In this document: piece by piece, positions 1 to 8,401 of the stretch | How positions within the stretch are numbered: position 1 is the first letter of the stretch | Layout: every line of letters begins with the position of its first letter | Origin: an uncultured Clostridium sp. | GTDB lineage: Bacteria; Bacillota; Clostridia; TANB77; CAG-508 | Direction: 5' to 3' | DNA: 64,000 nt | NCBI GenBank assembly: GCA_945919455.1 | Contig: CAMEJH010000001.1 | Coordinates: 20,184 to 84,183, forward strand | Program-made: the position numbers and the translations under genes | Notes under the pieces: generated by a model | Database searches by the model: none | What the model was told of the DNA's origin: nothing | Seen by the model: the letters and a program-made list of their open reading frames with translations, nothing else

Positions 1-485
1 TCTTAAAAGGAGATATGCCAAAAGATTTAAAAGAGGTTGTACTTGAACTGGGTGCTAATATGCTTCAATTAGCAGGAAAAGGTGATAACATAGAAGAAAA
101 TAAAATTAAAATGTTAGAAAATATTGAAAATGGATCAGCTTATAATAAATTTGTAGAAATGGTACAAAATCAGGGTGGAGATATTTCTTATATAGAAGAT
201 ACAACTAAATTTGAAAAATCTAAATATATATCTGCTGTAGTTACTGACAAAACTGGAATTGTAAAAGAAATAAATGCAGAAGAAATTGGAAAACTTGCTT
301 GTTATCTTGGTGCAGGAAGAATAAATAAAGAAGATAAAATAGAATCAAATGTAGGTATTATATTAAATAAGAAAGTAGGAGATAGCGTAGATGAACAAGA
401 TTTCTTAGCTTATATTTGTGCAAATGATGAGGAAAAATTAAGAGTTGCAGAAAGAAAAATCCTTGAAATATACAAAATTTTGTAG
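1..485 (+). CDS. pdp: Pyrimidine-nucleoside (thymidine) phosphorylase, C-terminal fragment; 5' end lies upstream of the window
   Basis: The frame is already open at nt 3 (..LKGD precedes the listed Met at 15), so that Met is internal. C-terminal PYNP-type sequence LGAGRINKEDKIESNVGIILNKKVGDSV..FLAYICAND. Stop at 483-485. Confidence 0.75.
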   Translation, partial: LKGDMPKDLKEVVLELGANMLQLAGKGDNIEENKIKMLENIENGSAYNKFVEMVQNQGGDISYIEDTTKFEKSKYISAVVTDKTGIVKEINAEEIGKLACYLGAGRINKEDKIESNVGIILNKKVGDSVDEQDFLAYICANDEEKLRVAERKILEIYKIL

Positions 486-527
486 TATAATATATATTGT
501 ATTTTACATAAAGAAAGGATGAATTAA

Positions 528-668
528 ATGAAAAAGGAAGAAAACGCAAAAAATAAAATAGATAAAAGACAAATATTTACAAGAATAATGGCAGGATTTT
601 TAGCAGTGGCAATGGTACTTGCAACATGTTCAACATTTATATATTATATTGTATCAAATGTTAAATAA
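528..668 (+). CDS. Small (46 aa) single-pass membrane protein, below the ORF-track size cut-off
   Basis: ATG 528 with AAAGGA about 8 nt upstream. Translates to MKKEENAKNKIDKRQIFTRIMAGFLAVAMVLATCSTFIYYIVSNVK*: a basic N-terminus plus one hydrophobic helix. Ends 6 nt before the cdaA ORF. No family recognised. Confidence 0.4.
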   Translation: MKKEENAKNKIDKRQIFTRIMAGFLAVAMVLATCSTFIYYIVSNVK

Positions 669-674
669 AAGGGG

Positions 675-1625
675 ATGCATATGATGAAGGATATAATGGA
701 GATATTTAGCAACTTTTATGATCAAAACATATTATCATATATAAGAACTTTGCAAGAATATCCAATAAAATTAGTTTCACTAATACTTGATATTACAATA
801 GTAGTTTTTTTGGCATATCAATTATTAAGAATAGTAAAAGATTCAAGAGCATGGCAGTTAGTAAAAGGTATAGCATTGTTAATAGTGGCAACAGCATTAA
901 GCGAATTATTAAATTTAAAGATATTAAATTATTTATTATCAATGATAATGGATTGGGGAGTTATTCTTATAATAATAATTTTCCAACCAGAAATAAGAAG
1001 AGCTCTAGAACAGCTGGGTGGAACTAATAGATTTACAAGATTTTTTGGATTTGATAAAGATATAATAACAAAAACAAAAGAAGATATTTATAAAATAGTA
1101 ATAGCTGTATATGAATTAGCGAAAAATAAAACAGGAGCTCTAATAGTAATTGAAAGAGATATTCAAATAAAAGATATAATTGCAACAGGAATTCCTATGA
1201 ACTCAGAAGTATCACCACAGTTATTGGTAAATATATTTGTTCCAAATACACCTTTACATGATGGTGCAGTTGTTATTAGTAATAATAAAATAGCAGCAGC
1301 AGCATGTATGCTTCCACTGGCAAGTGATCAAGATATAGCAAAAGAATTGGGAACAAGACATAGAGCAGGAATTGGAATATCAAAAGAATCCGATAGCATA
1401 GCAATTATAGTATCAGAAGAAACAGGAAAGGTTTCAGTTGCTAAAGATGGAACACTTATTGCAGATGTTAGAGAAGATGTGTTAAAGAAAATATTAATTA
1501 GTAATGTAGTAACTAAAAGACTAAACGAAGCAAAAGGCAAAAAAGAGAAAAAAGTAAAAAATATTAAAGATTTAAAGAATATATTTAATAAAAAAGAAGA
1601 ACAGAATGAAGACATAAATAAATGA
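675..1625 (+). CDS. cdaA: Membrane-anchored diadenylate cyclase CdaA (c-di-AMP synthase)
   Basis: N-terminal hydrophobic helices followed by a DAC/DisA_N domain with TGALIVIERD, PLHDGAVVI and GTRHRAGIGISKESD motifs. Lys/Glu-rich tail. Alternative in-frame ATGs at 681 and 684. Confidence 0.9.
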   Translation: MHMMKDIMEIFSNFYDQNILSYIRTLQEYPIKLVSLILDITIVVFLAYQLLRIVKDSRAWQLVKGIALLIVATALSELLNLKILNYLLSMIMDWGVILIIIIFQPEIRRALEQLGGTNRFTRFFGFDKDIITKTKEDIYKIVIAVYELAKNKTGALIVIERDIQIKDIIATGIPMNSEVSPQLLVNIFVPNTPLHDGAVVISNNKIAAAACMLPLASDQDIAKELGTRHRAGIGISKESDSIAIIVSEETGKVSVAKDGTLIADVREDVLKKILISNVVTKRLNEAKGKKEKKVKNIKDLKNIFNKKEEQNEDINK

Positions 1626-1672
1626 GAGTTGCAATAGCAGCTCTTATTTAAAATTGAAAAAAAGGAGTAAGA

Positions 1673-2410
1673 ATGAGAAATATAAAATTGACTATTGAAT
1701 ATGATGGTAAAGATTTTAATGGTTGGCAAAAACAACCAAATAAATTGAACATTCAAGGAACAATAGAACAAGCAATAAAAGCAATTACAGGAGAGGAGAT
1801 AGAATTAAATGCATCAGGAAGGACTGATGCAGGAGTGCATGCTTTAGGGCAGGTGGCAAATTTTAAAACTAATTCACAAATACCAATAGAAAAATTTGCA
1901 ATAGCTATAAATTCAAGATTAAAAAGATCAATAGTAATAAAAAAAGCAGAAGAAGTAGATGAACGCTTTCATAGTAGATTAAATTGCAAAAAAAAGACAT
2001 ATAGATATGTTATAAATAATTCATTTGAAGGAAGTGCAATATATAGAAATTTGGAAACTCATATTCCTCAAAAATTAGATATAGATAAAATGAAACAAGC
2101 TATAAAATATTTTGAAGGAGAACATGACTTTAAAGCATTTAAAGCAAGTGGAACTAGTAGTAAAAGTAGTGTAAGAACAATATATGAAACAAATTTATAT
2201 CAAGAAAATGACAGAATATTTATAGAACTTACAGGTAATGGATTTTTATATAATATGGTAAGAATAATTGCGGGAACATTAGTTGATGTAGGATTAGGAA
2301 AAATAAAACCGGAAGAAATATCGCAAATAATAAAAGAAGAGAAAAGAGAAAATGCAGGGAAAACTCTACCTCCTAATGGATTATATTTATTAAAAGTAAT
2401 GTATGAGTAA
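1673..2410 (+). CDS. truA: tRNA pseudouridine(38-40) synthase TruA
   Basis: IEYDGKDFNGWQKQPN and the catalytic-Asp motif GRTDAGVHALGQV. Typical ~245 aa length. AAGGAG RBS upstream. Confidence 0.92.
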   Translation: MRNIKLTIEYDGKDFNGWQKQPNKLNIQGTIEQAIKAITGEEIELNASGRTDAGVHALGQVANFKTNSQIPIEKFAIAINSRLKRSIVIKKAEEVDERFHSRLNCKKKTYRYVINNSFEGSAIYRNLETHIPQKLDIDKMKQAIKYFEGEHDFKAFKASGTSSKSSVRTIYETNLYQENDRIFIELTGNGFLYNMVRIIAGTLVDVGLGKIKPEEISQIIKEEKRENAGKTLPPNGLYLLKVMYE

Positions 2411-2467
2411 CAAAAATATAAGTAAAATCATAAGATATATCAAAAAAATAAAAGGAGATATAGAATT

Positions 2468-3001
2468 ATGACGATACTTATATTTTTTGCTGTAGTATTT
2501 GCTACAATAGTATTAGCAATAGTACTAGAAAGGATTATTCATTGTCCAATATTGGTCGGATTTGCATTTTTCTCAGTGTTTTTGGTTGTTGCAGTAGTAT
2601 TATCTAGCACAAATCTGGTAATAGTAGCAATAGTATTGGGAATAATAGCATTTCTTGCAGCATTTTTCGATTGTATATTCAGGCGTTCAAGATTTTTTAG
2701 AAATAACAACTGCTTGAGATGTGATTGCGATGACGATGATGATGATAATGATTGTGATTGCAGACGTAATAGACGTAATAATTGTGATTGGAATAACAAT
2801 TGCAATTGTAATTGTAATTGCAACTGTAATAACAATGATAATGATGACTCGCTTGCTATAGTTAATAGTAATGGTGTAGTTATTGCAAGAATAAATGGAA
2901 ATTCAATTAGATGCAGAGATAATAATAATAACAATGGATTATTAACGAGTTCAGACTCTGACTGTGATTGTAATGGAAGATCTGGTAGATGTAGAAGATA
3001 A
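2468..3001 (+). CDS. Membrane-anchored Cys/Asp/Asn-rich low-complexity protein (177 aa), no recognised family
   Basis: An AAGGAGA RBS ~9 nt before ATG 2468 and a strong terminator right after the stop support a real gene. N-terminal ~70 residues are hydrophobic helices. The tail reads CLRCDCDDDDDDNDCDCRRNRRNNCDWNNNCNCNCNCNCNNNDNDD...CRDNNNNN...SDSDCDCNGRSGRCRR. Confidence 0.6.
   Translation: MTILIFFAVVFATIVLAIVLERIIHCPILVGFAFFSVFLVVAVVLSSTNLVIVAIVLGIIAFLAAFFDCIFRRSRFFRNNNCLRCDCDDDDDDNDCDCRRNRRNNCDWNNNCNCNCNCNCNNNDNDDSLAIVNSNGVVIARINGNSIRCRDNNNNNGLLTSSDSDCDCNGRSGRCRR
2729..2830 (+). repeat. In-frame coding micro-repeats: (GAY)6 at 2729-2746, duplicated agacgtaat at 2762-2779, (TGYAAY)5 at 2801-2830
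   Basis: gatgacgatgatgatgat encodes D6. tgcaattgtaattgtaattgcaactgtaat encodes (CN)5. All unit lengths are multiples of 3. Confidence 0.85.
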
Positions 3002-3009
3002 AAAGGAAA

Positions 3010-3040
3010 GAGGCAGATTCAAGGAGAATCTGCCTCTTTT
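3010..3040. terminator. Rho-independent terminator shared by convergent genes
   Basis: gaggcagattc-aagga-gaatctgcctc: perfect 11-bp stem with a 5-nt loop. Followed by TTTT on the + strand and preceded by AAAAGGAAAG, which is T-rich when read on the - strand. Confidence 0.85.
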
Positions 3041-3062
3041 GTGAATAAGATGTTATTGGACT

Positions 3063-4463
3063 TTAAGAACGATATACGACAATAGGCATAGTTAAATCAA
3101 GATTTTCGAAGAAGGTTGGTGCAACTTCTTTTGGTAGGTTCACACATCCGTGAGAACCATTACCTTTGTAAATAGTACCACCAAATTTTGTACGCCAGCT
3201 TGCGTCATGAAAGCCAATATTGTCGTTAAATGGAACCCAATAATCTACATGACAAGAGTATTTGCTTCCATCATCATTAGTTCCCTTCAAATAAGTATCT
3301 TCCACCTTATAGGTAGGAAAGAATATACCTGAAGGAGTATGATGGTTGGGATAGTTACCTGTTACACAAGGCGTATTTACAATACATACACCATCTTTGT
3401 ACATCCAGACATTTTGTCGAGTAGTATCTACTTCTACATAGCTTGTTTGGTTTTCTAATGAAAAGGCTTTACTAGAGTAAACAGGTTCTCTAATATACAA
3501 AAGAGACGTGTCCAACTCTTCTTTTAATTTAGCCAGTTCGCCTTCACGATCTATAGTAGCTCTTTTAGATTCATCAAGTGGAAGTGAAATATCTCCAATA
3601 CCGGTTGCTTCGAAAGTCATTGTAGAACTTGCTTCAGTTACCTTTTTTTCAAGTTCATCTATAAAAGCTTCGAGACTGGAGTCTAAATCTAGTTGATAAA
3701 TTCCATCTTCATTTTTGTAAAGCCAATCCTTTATGGTATTTGCATCCAAGCAAAAAGTACTATCATCAGGAAGTATATATTTGACGGAACTTGCTAAAAT
3801 GGAATTAAGCTTATCTCTTTGGAGAATCAGTCCAGGGTCAGTAGAAAGAATTTCAGGCTGCTTGGTAATACAACGAAAGTCTATTACAGTACTACCACTC
3901 CTTAAAGTAGATAATGCTAGTTCATAGGCTTCGTTGAAATCAACCTCATTACCATAAAACTCTGGTTCTATATAGAGCATGTTGTCAGAATCTAGTTCCA
4001 AGTAAGCATTCCGAGACTTTTTGATATTTTCCTCTTTAAAACAAGAGAAAGTTCTCAAATAGTCTTTGACTTTTACATCGTTGACAAAAATTGAATGTTG
4101 CAAGCTATAATTGAGTTCTTTTGCTCCATCATTTTGATTTTGCAGGATTTCTTTGAGTTCTGTATTGTCCTCCAATTTTATACCAAATAACTGCTGATCT
4201 TGAATAGTGAACTCATCATCGACAAAGATATAAGTGATATCAGGATTACCTAGCTTTTCATTGATTTTGGTACTTGCTTCTTCTACAGTTAACTTGGAAC
4301 AATCAACATCATTGATAATTGTTCCATCGCTAAAATGCCTGTGAGAGTAATCAACAAATCTTGTAATGCCGATAACGCTAAGGATAATTGCAAGTGCTAG
4401 AATTGCCAAAAGGTATTTATGTTTCCTCCGTAAAAACCTTTTATCTTGTTTTCTTCTTGTCAT
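3063..4463 (-). CDS. L,D-transpeptidase (YkuD domain) with N-terminal membrane anchor
   Basis: N-terminal anchor KYLLAILALAIILSVIGI. C-terminal YkuD catalytic signature HDASWRTKFGG..YKGNGSHGCVNLP. Confidence 0.85.
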   Translation of the reverse strand: MTRRKQDKRFLRRKHKYLLAILALAIILSVIGITRFVDYSHRHFSDGTIINDVDCSKLTVEEASTKINEKLGNPDITYIFVDDEFTIQDQQLFGIKLEDNTELKEILQNQNDGAKELNYSLQHSIFVNDVKVKDYLRTFSCFKEENIKKSRNAYLELDSDNMLYIEPEFYGNEVDFNEAYELALSTLRSGSTVIDFRCITKQPEILSTDPGLILQRDKLNSILASSVKYILPDDSTFCLDANTIKDWLYKNEDGIYQLDLDSSLEAFIDELEKKVTEASSTMTFEATGIGDISLPLDESKRATIDREGELAKLKEELDTSLLYIREPVYSSKAFSLENQTSYVEVDTTRQNVWMYKDGVCIVNTPCVTGNYPNHHTPSGIFFPTYKVEDTYLKGTNDDGSKYSCHVDYWVPFNDNIGFHDASWRTKFGGTIYKGNGSHGCVNLPKEVAPTFFENLDLTMPIVVYRS

Positions 4464-4530
4464 CCTTAAATCCCCTTTCCAAATTTGTTAATGTAATTAC
4501 ATTATAACAATAAAAAAATCGCTAATAATC

Positions 4531-4559
4531 ATTATACCACGATTAACAATAATTGTCAA
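4531..4559 (-). promoter_or_regulatory. Consensus sigma-A-type promoter for the L,D-transpeptidase gene
   Basis: On the - strand: TTGACA (4559-4554), 17 nt spacer, TATAAT (4536-4531), with a TG extended -10 (tggTATAAT). About 60 nt upstream of the ATG at 4463. Confidence 0.7.
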
Positions 4560-4592
4560 AAAACGGGAATTTAGAAAAAAATTTGAATAATA

Positions 4593-4621
4593 CTTGACAA
4601 AAATGGAAATACCTATTATAA
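4593..4621 (+). promoter_or_regulatory. Consensus sigma-A-type promoter for tRNA-Met
   Basis: TTGACA (4593-4598), 17 nt spacer, TATAAT (4616-4621). The tRNA 5' end is 22 nt downstream. Confidence 0.75.
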
Positions 4622-4642
4622 TAAGTACTGTTCAGCATTTAT

Positions 4643-4719
4643 GGCGAAGTAGCTCAGTTGGCTAGAGCATTCGGTTCATACCCGACAGGTCGGCGGTTCG
4701 AATCCACCCTTCGCTACCA
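4643..4719 (+). tRNA. tRNA-Met (anticodon CAU), elongator type, CCA encoded
   Basis: Acceptor GGCGAAG, D arm GCTC-AGTTGGCTA-GAGC, anticodon loop TTCATAC, T arm GGTTCGAATCC, then CTTCGCT-A-CCA. Resembles Bacillus-type elongator tRNA-Met. It lacks the C1:A72 mismatch and 3xGC anticodon stem of an initiator. A lysidine-modified tRNA-Ile2 cannot be fully excluded from sequence alone. Confidence 0.85.
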
Positions 4720-4758
4720 TTAATATTTCTGTTCAATTAGTTCGAACAGAGAGATACA

Positions 4759-4788
4759 AAAATCAATCAGAAATGGTTGATTTTTTTT
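4759..4788. terminator. Weak A/T-rich bidirectional terminator between tRNA-Met and the convergent HExxH gene
   Basis: aaaatcaa-tcagaaatgg-ttgatttt stem-loop followed by a T run on the + strand, with an A run before it. An additional hairpin tctgttc..gaacaga lies at 4728-4750. Confidence 0.45.
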
Positions 4789-4828
4789 GTAAAAAAAGAT
4801 ATGTGCTACTATCACATATCTGGTGTTG

Positions 4829-6073
4829 CTATCTTTCATTTTCTTCAATAATTTGCTTATTAATTACCTCTGAGTTCTGTCTTGGCTCTAATTTTCTATA
4901 TTTTCCATTATTAGATAATTCATTAATAAAATTATTCCTTCGACTATTTAAACTAGAACCATTATTTTCTTCTTGTTCTCTAGCAGGAGGTAAAACATTT
5001 AATTGTTTTATAACAAAACTTTTTACAATTGGAATATTCATTAATGATTCATGTTTCTCAAAAAATCTAGCAACCTTTTGAGCAAATGACAAGTTATTTT
5101 TTTCCTCAGGTATATCAGGTGATACATTATCTTCTGTTATTATCTTATGCTCTATATCTTTAAATTTATTTGATTTAAGTTCATAGCTTTTTCCGTTTAG
5201 TATTTGTTGCATTTCAGATAACATTTCTTGATTTTTTCTATTATTTTCACCAAGGCTTATATTTTGTCCCCTTGTAACTACTAATTTTTTCATTACTTCT
5301 TGAAATCTGTTATAACTTTGTTCACCTGTTTTTATATCTTTTCCTATTGATTCTATATAAGCTTGTTTAAACTGTTGCTCGTCTGAATTCCATGCAGCTT
5401 GAATAATTGACTTTTCATCTACTTTTTCGACTAACATATATATTGCCTTTGTTTCTGCTTGATATGTTTCTATTTCATCAGGATGTTTTCCTTCAATTCT
5501 ACTTGCAATATAGTTTACTATAGCTTCAATGTTATTGTTATTGCCACCAATTTGTCTATATTCTCCAGATAAATAATCTCTAGCTGTTTCAGAAAAAACA
5601 TGCTTTTCTCCTATACCATATTCATTTTTTATGGTATAGGCTGAATGTGTTAATTCATGTATTAATGTGCTTTTTATATTTGATCTTCTTCTTTGAATAT
5701 CTTGTAATAACTTTTGTTTATCTGATTCTGTATATAAATTCCACAGTTTTTTATCTGTTTCAGACAATTCTAAATCGGATTCATCAAAATAAATAAAAAT
5801 TTCATTTACATCAGTATTGTCTGCAATTCTTCCTTTGTATTCTCCTAGTTCTCCATTTAGTGCTTTTTCATAACTAACAAAGGTTATTTTGTCTAAATTA
5901 TCTTCTAACCTTTTAAACAAATCTTCTGCTGAAATAACATCTCCATATAATTCTATATGCCCTTCAATAAATTCAGTTATACATTCTTGTATAAAAGGAT
6001 TTTCAAAATGTTTATTTTCGCAAAATTCTTTAATTTTATTTTTTAATCCTTGTTTATCTAAACTTTTTTCCAT
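4829..6073 (-). CDS. Hypothetical cytoplasmic protein with a single HExxH zinc-metallopeptidase-like motif (414 aa)
   Basis: Long ORF with no signal peptide or TM segment. LIHELTHSAY with H139/E140/H143. The remainder is Lys/Glu/Asn-rich and matches no family I can name. Confidence 0.55.
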   Translation of the reverse strand: MEKSLDKQGLKNKIKEFCENKHFENPFIQECITEFIEGHIELYGDVISAEDLFKRLEDNLDKITFVSYEKALNGELGEYKGRIADNTDVNEIFIYFDESDLELSETDKKLWNLYTESDKQKLLQDIQRRRSNIKSTLIHELTHSAYTIKNEYGIGEKHVFSETARDYLSGEYRQIGGNNNNIEAIVNYIASRIEGKHPDEIETYQAETKAIYMLVEKVDEKSIIQAAWNSDEQQFKQAYIESIGKDIKTGEQSYNRFQEVMKKLVVTRGQNISLGENNRKNQEMLSEMQQILNGKSYELKSNKFKDIEHKIITEDNVSPDIPEEKNNLSFAQKVARFFEKHESLMNIPIVKSFVIKQLNVLPPAREQEENNGSSLNSRRNNFINELSNNGKYRKLEPRQNSEVINKQIIEENER

Positions 6074-6143
6074 AATTTTTTCCTTGACTCATTTTTTATT
6101 AGTGTATCATATATTTTTATTTTTTACAACAATTTCGAAAGAT

Positions 6144-6171
6144 ATTGACTATTGCAAAAAATTTATCATAA
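6144..6171 (+). promoter_or_regulatory. Candidate promoter for the antiporter gene
   Basis: TTGACT (6144-6149), 16 nt spacer, CATAAT (6166-6171). A weak call in AT-rich DNA. Confidence 0.3.
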
Positions 6172-6246
6172 TGATAGTAAAATGTAAAGAAAATAAAAAA
6201 TTTATAAATAGTAATAAAATAATATGAATCCAATATATTTAAATGG

Positions 6247-7203
6247 GTGAAAAAAATGTTTATACAAATAATATTGATAATAGTTGGATTTATACTACTA
6301 ATAAAAGGTGCTGATATATTGGTAGAAGGCTCTAGCCAAATTGCCAAAAAACTCCATATATCAGAAATAATAATAGGATTAACAATAGTTTCAATAGGAA
6401 CATCAATGCCAGAATTATTTGTAAGTATTACTTCAGCAATGGAAGGTTACTCAGATATGTCTGTTGGAAATATAATAGGGAGTAATATTTGTAATTTATT
6501 ACTAATTTTAGGTCTGTCATCAATTATAAGACCAGTTACTTTTAAGAAACAAACAAAGTTGTTAGAAAATCCGATGTCAATTATATTTTCAATAATATTT
6601 TTGGTGATATGCAATATTAATGATGATATAAATAGAACTGAGGGCATTTTTTTGATTATATTATTTGTATTATTTTTAATATATACTATAGCTATTGCTT
6701 TAAGGTCTCAACGAAATAAAACAATATTAAAATTAGAAGAAACAAAAAAGATAAGTTTTATAAAAAATGTAATGTTGATTATTCTAGGAATTACAATATT
6801 AAAGCTTGGAGGAGACTTTGTTGTATACAATGCAAAAATGGTAGCAATAACATTAAAAGTAAGTGAAAAGGTAATAGGATTAACGATAGTTGCAATAGGA
6901 ACCAGTTTACCTGAGCTTGTAACAAGTATAACTGCAGCAATAAAAGGAGATAGTGATATCGCAATAGGAAATATAGTAGGATCAAATATTTTTAATATGT
7001 TATTAATTATAGGAGTAGCAGCATTAATAACGCCTATAAAATATAATGTTACATATAATTTACAGATGGTAGTACTATTTATAGGAATGATATTGATGTT
7101 AATATATCCATTCATAAAACCGAAGAACCAACTTACAAGATGGAAAGGTTTGATATTTGTTTTATTGTATATTGCGTATATGATAGAACTAATAATTAAA
7201 TAG
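6247..7203 (+). CDS. Ca2+/Na+ antiporter (CaCA family, YrbG-like)
   Basis: Two internal alpha-repeat signatures, GLTIVSIGTSMPELFVS and GLTIVAIGTSLPELVTS, with GNIIGSN/GNIVGSN. Polytopic. The track start is GTG 6247; ATG 6256 is an alternative. Confidence 0.85.
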   Translation: MKKMFIQIILIIVGFILLIKGADILVEGSSQIAKKLHISEIIIGLTIVSIGTSMPELFVSITSAMEGYSDMSVGNIIGSNICNLLLILGLSSIIRPVTFKKQTKLLENPMSIIFSIIFLVICNINDDINRTEGIFLIILFVLFLIYTIAIALRSQRNKTILKLEETKKISFIKNVMLIILGITILKLGGDFVVYNAKMVAITLKVSEKVIGLTIVAIGTSLPELVTSITAAIKGDSDIAIGNIVGSNIFNMLLIIGVAALITPIKYNVTYNLQMVVLFIGMILMLIYPFIKPKNQLTRWKGLIFVLLYIAYMIELIIK

Positions 7204-7286
7204 TAAAAAACTAATCTAAGTATTGAAAAAAGTAAAATAATAATATAAAATAAGGAAAATAATAAAAATACAAAGAGGACTATTTT

Positions 7287-8387
7287 ATGAAGAAAATATT
7301 AATTACGGCAAATACGGACAGACATATTAAATTATGTCATCTTCCATATATACAATGGTTTAAGGAAAATGGATATGAAGTAGATATAGCAACAAATACG
7401 GATGAACCAATTTTAAATACTAACAAAATAAATTTAGGCTTAAAGAGAAATCCATTTAATTTTCAAAACGTTAAGGCAATTTTTAAATTAAAAAAAATTT
7501 TAGATATAGAAAATTATGAATTAATTCATACACATACACCTGTTGGAGCTGTAATTACAAGAATTGCATATAAACTATCAAGATCAAAGGCCAAATTAAT
7601 TTATACATGTCATGGTTTTCACTTTTATAAAAAAAGTCCTTTCTATTATTGGATTTTATTTTATCCAATCGAAAAATATTTGATGAAATATACAGATATT
7701 CTATTAGTTATGAATCAAGAAGATTATAATTTTGCTAAAAAACATTTTAAAAATGTTCAAGTTGAATTAGTTAATGGAGTTGGATTTAATAAACAAAGAT
7801 TTGATATAAAAAATTCAAAAAGAGACTTAGATGAAATTTATAATAAATATAATATTAATAGAAACTCTTTTATTGTTAGTTATGTTGCAGAATTTTCTAA
7901 AAGAAAACAGCAACTAAAGTTAATAAAAAACTTAAAAAATACAGATATAGGTAATACTAATATAAAAATACTATTAATAGGAGATGATATTTTAAAAGGT
8001 AAGGTTCAAAAAACAATAAAAAAATATAATTTAGAAAATAGTATAAAAACAATTGATTTTACAGAAGAAATTAATAAACTTTTAGACATATCAAATTTAG
8101 TAATTTCAGTAAGTAGACAGGAAGGATTACCTTTAAATATATTAGAAGCAATATATAAAAAAAAGATAATTATTGCCTCAAACTGTAGAGGAAACATTGA
8201 TTTAGTAAAAAATAACATAAATGGTTTTGTCATTCAAAAAATGGACGAACTTTATCCAAAAATTAAATTTGTAAAACAAAATTACTCAAGTATTCTAAAA
8301 AGATACAATCGAGGAATTGATATCTCAAAATATACATCTGATTATGTATTAAATCAGGTGGTAACAATTTATAAAAAAATATTATAG
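7287..8387 (+). CDS. Glycosyltransferase, GT4-like (GT-B fold)
   Basis: C-terminal motif SRQEGLPLNILEAIYKKKIIIASNCRGNIDLV (E-x7-E type). First gene of the long co-directional glycan locus. Confidence 0.75.
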   Translation: MKKILITANTDRHIKLCHLPYIQWFKENGYEVDIATNTDEPILNTNKINLGLKRNPFNFQNVKAIFKLKKILDIENYELIHTHTPVGAVITRIAYKLSRSKAKLIYTCHGFHFYKKSPFYYWILFYPIEKYLMKYTDILLVMNQEDYNFAKKHFKNVQVELVNGVGFNKQRFDIKNSKRDLDEIYNKYNINRNSFIVSYVAEFSKRKQQLKLIKNLKNTDIGNTNIKILLIGDDILKGKVQKTIKKYNLENSIKTIDFTEEINKLLDISNLVISVSRQEGLPLNILEAIYKKKIIIASNCRGNIDLVKNNINGFVIQKMDELYPKIKFVKQNYSSILKRYNRGIDISKYTSDYVLNQVVTIYKKIL

Positions 8388-8401
8388 AAAAGAAGGAAAA
8401 A

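Noticed and set aside
1328-1771. 147-aa minus-strand ORF overlapping the cdaA 3' end and truA 5' end
   Set aside because: It is antisense to two confidently identified genes. Its Phe/Ser/Ile-rich composition is typical of the reverse frame of AT-rich coding DNA.
2539-2934. 131-aa minus-strand ORF antisense to the Cys/Asp/Asn-rich gene
   Set aside because: It is a Leu/Gln/Ser low-complexity mirror image of the repeats, with no RBS. The + strand ORF has a strong RBS and terminator.
4773-5081. 102-aa plus-strand ORF downstream of tRNA-Met
   Set aside because: It starts inside the terminator T-run, overlaps the 3' end of the much longer convergent HExxH ORF, and has no RBS.
4643-6246. A tRNA-linked genomic island or prophage remnant containing the HExxH gene
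   Set aside because: There is no integrase or recombinase. I noticed no direct repeat of the tRNA 3' end. Only one gene separates the tRNA from the antiporter gene.
6708-7115. 135-aa minus-strand ORF inside the CaCA antiporter gene
   Set aside because: It is antisense to a gene with clear duplicated alpha-repeat signatures. Its hydrophobic composition is an artefact of reverse-reading a membrane protein gene.
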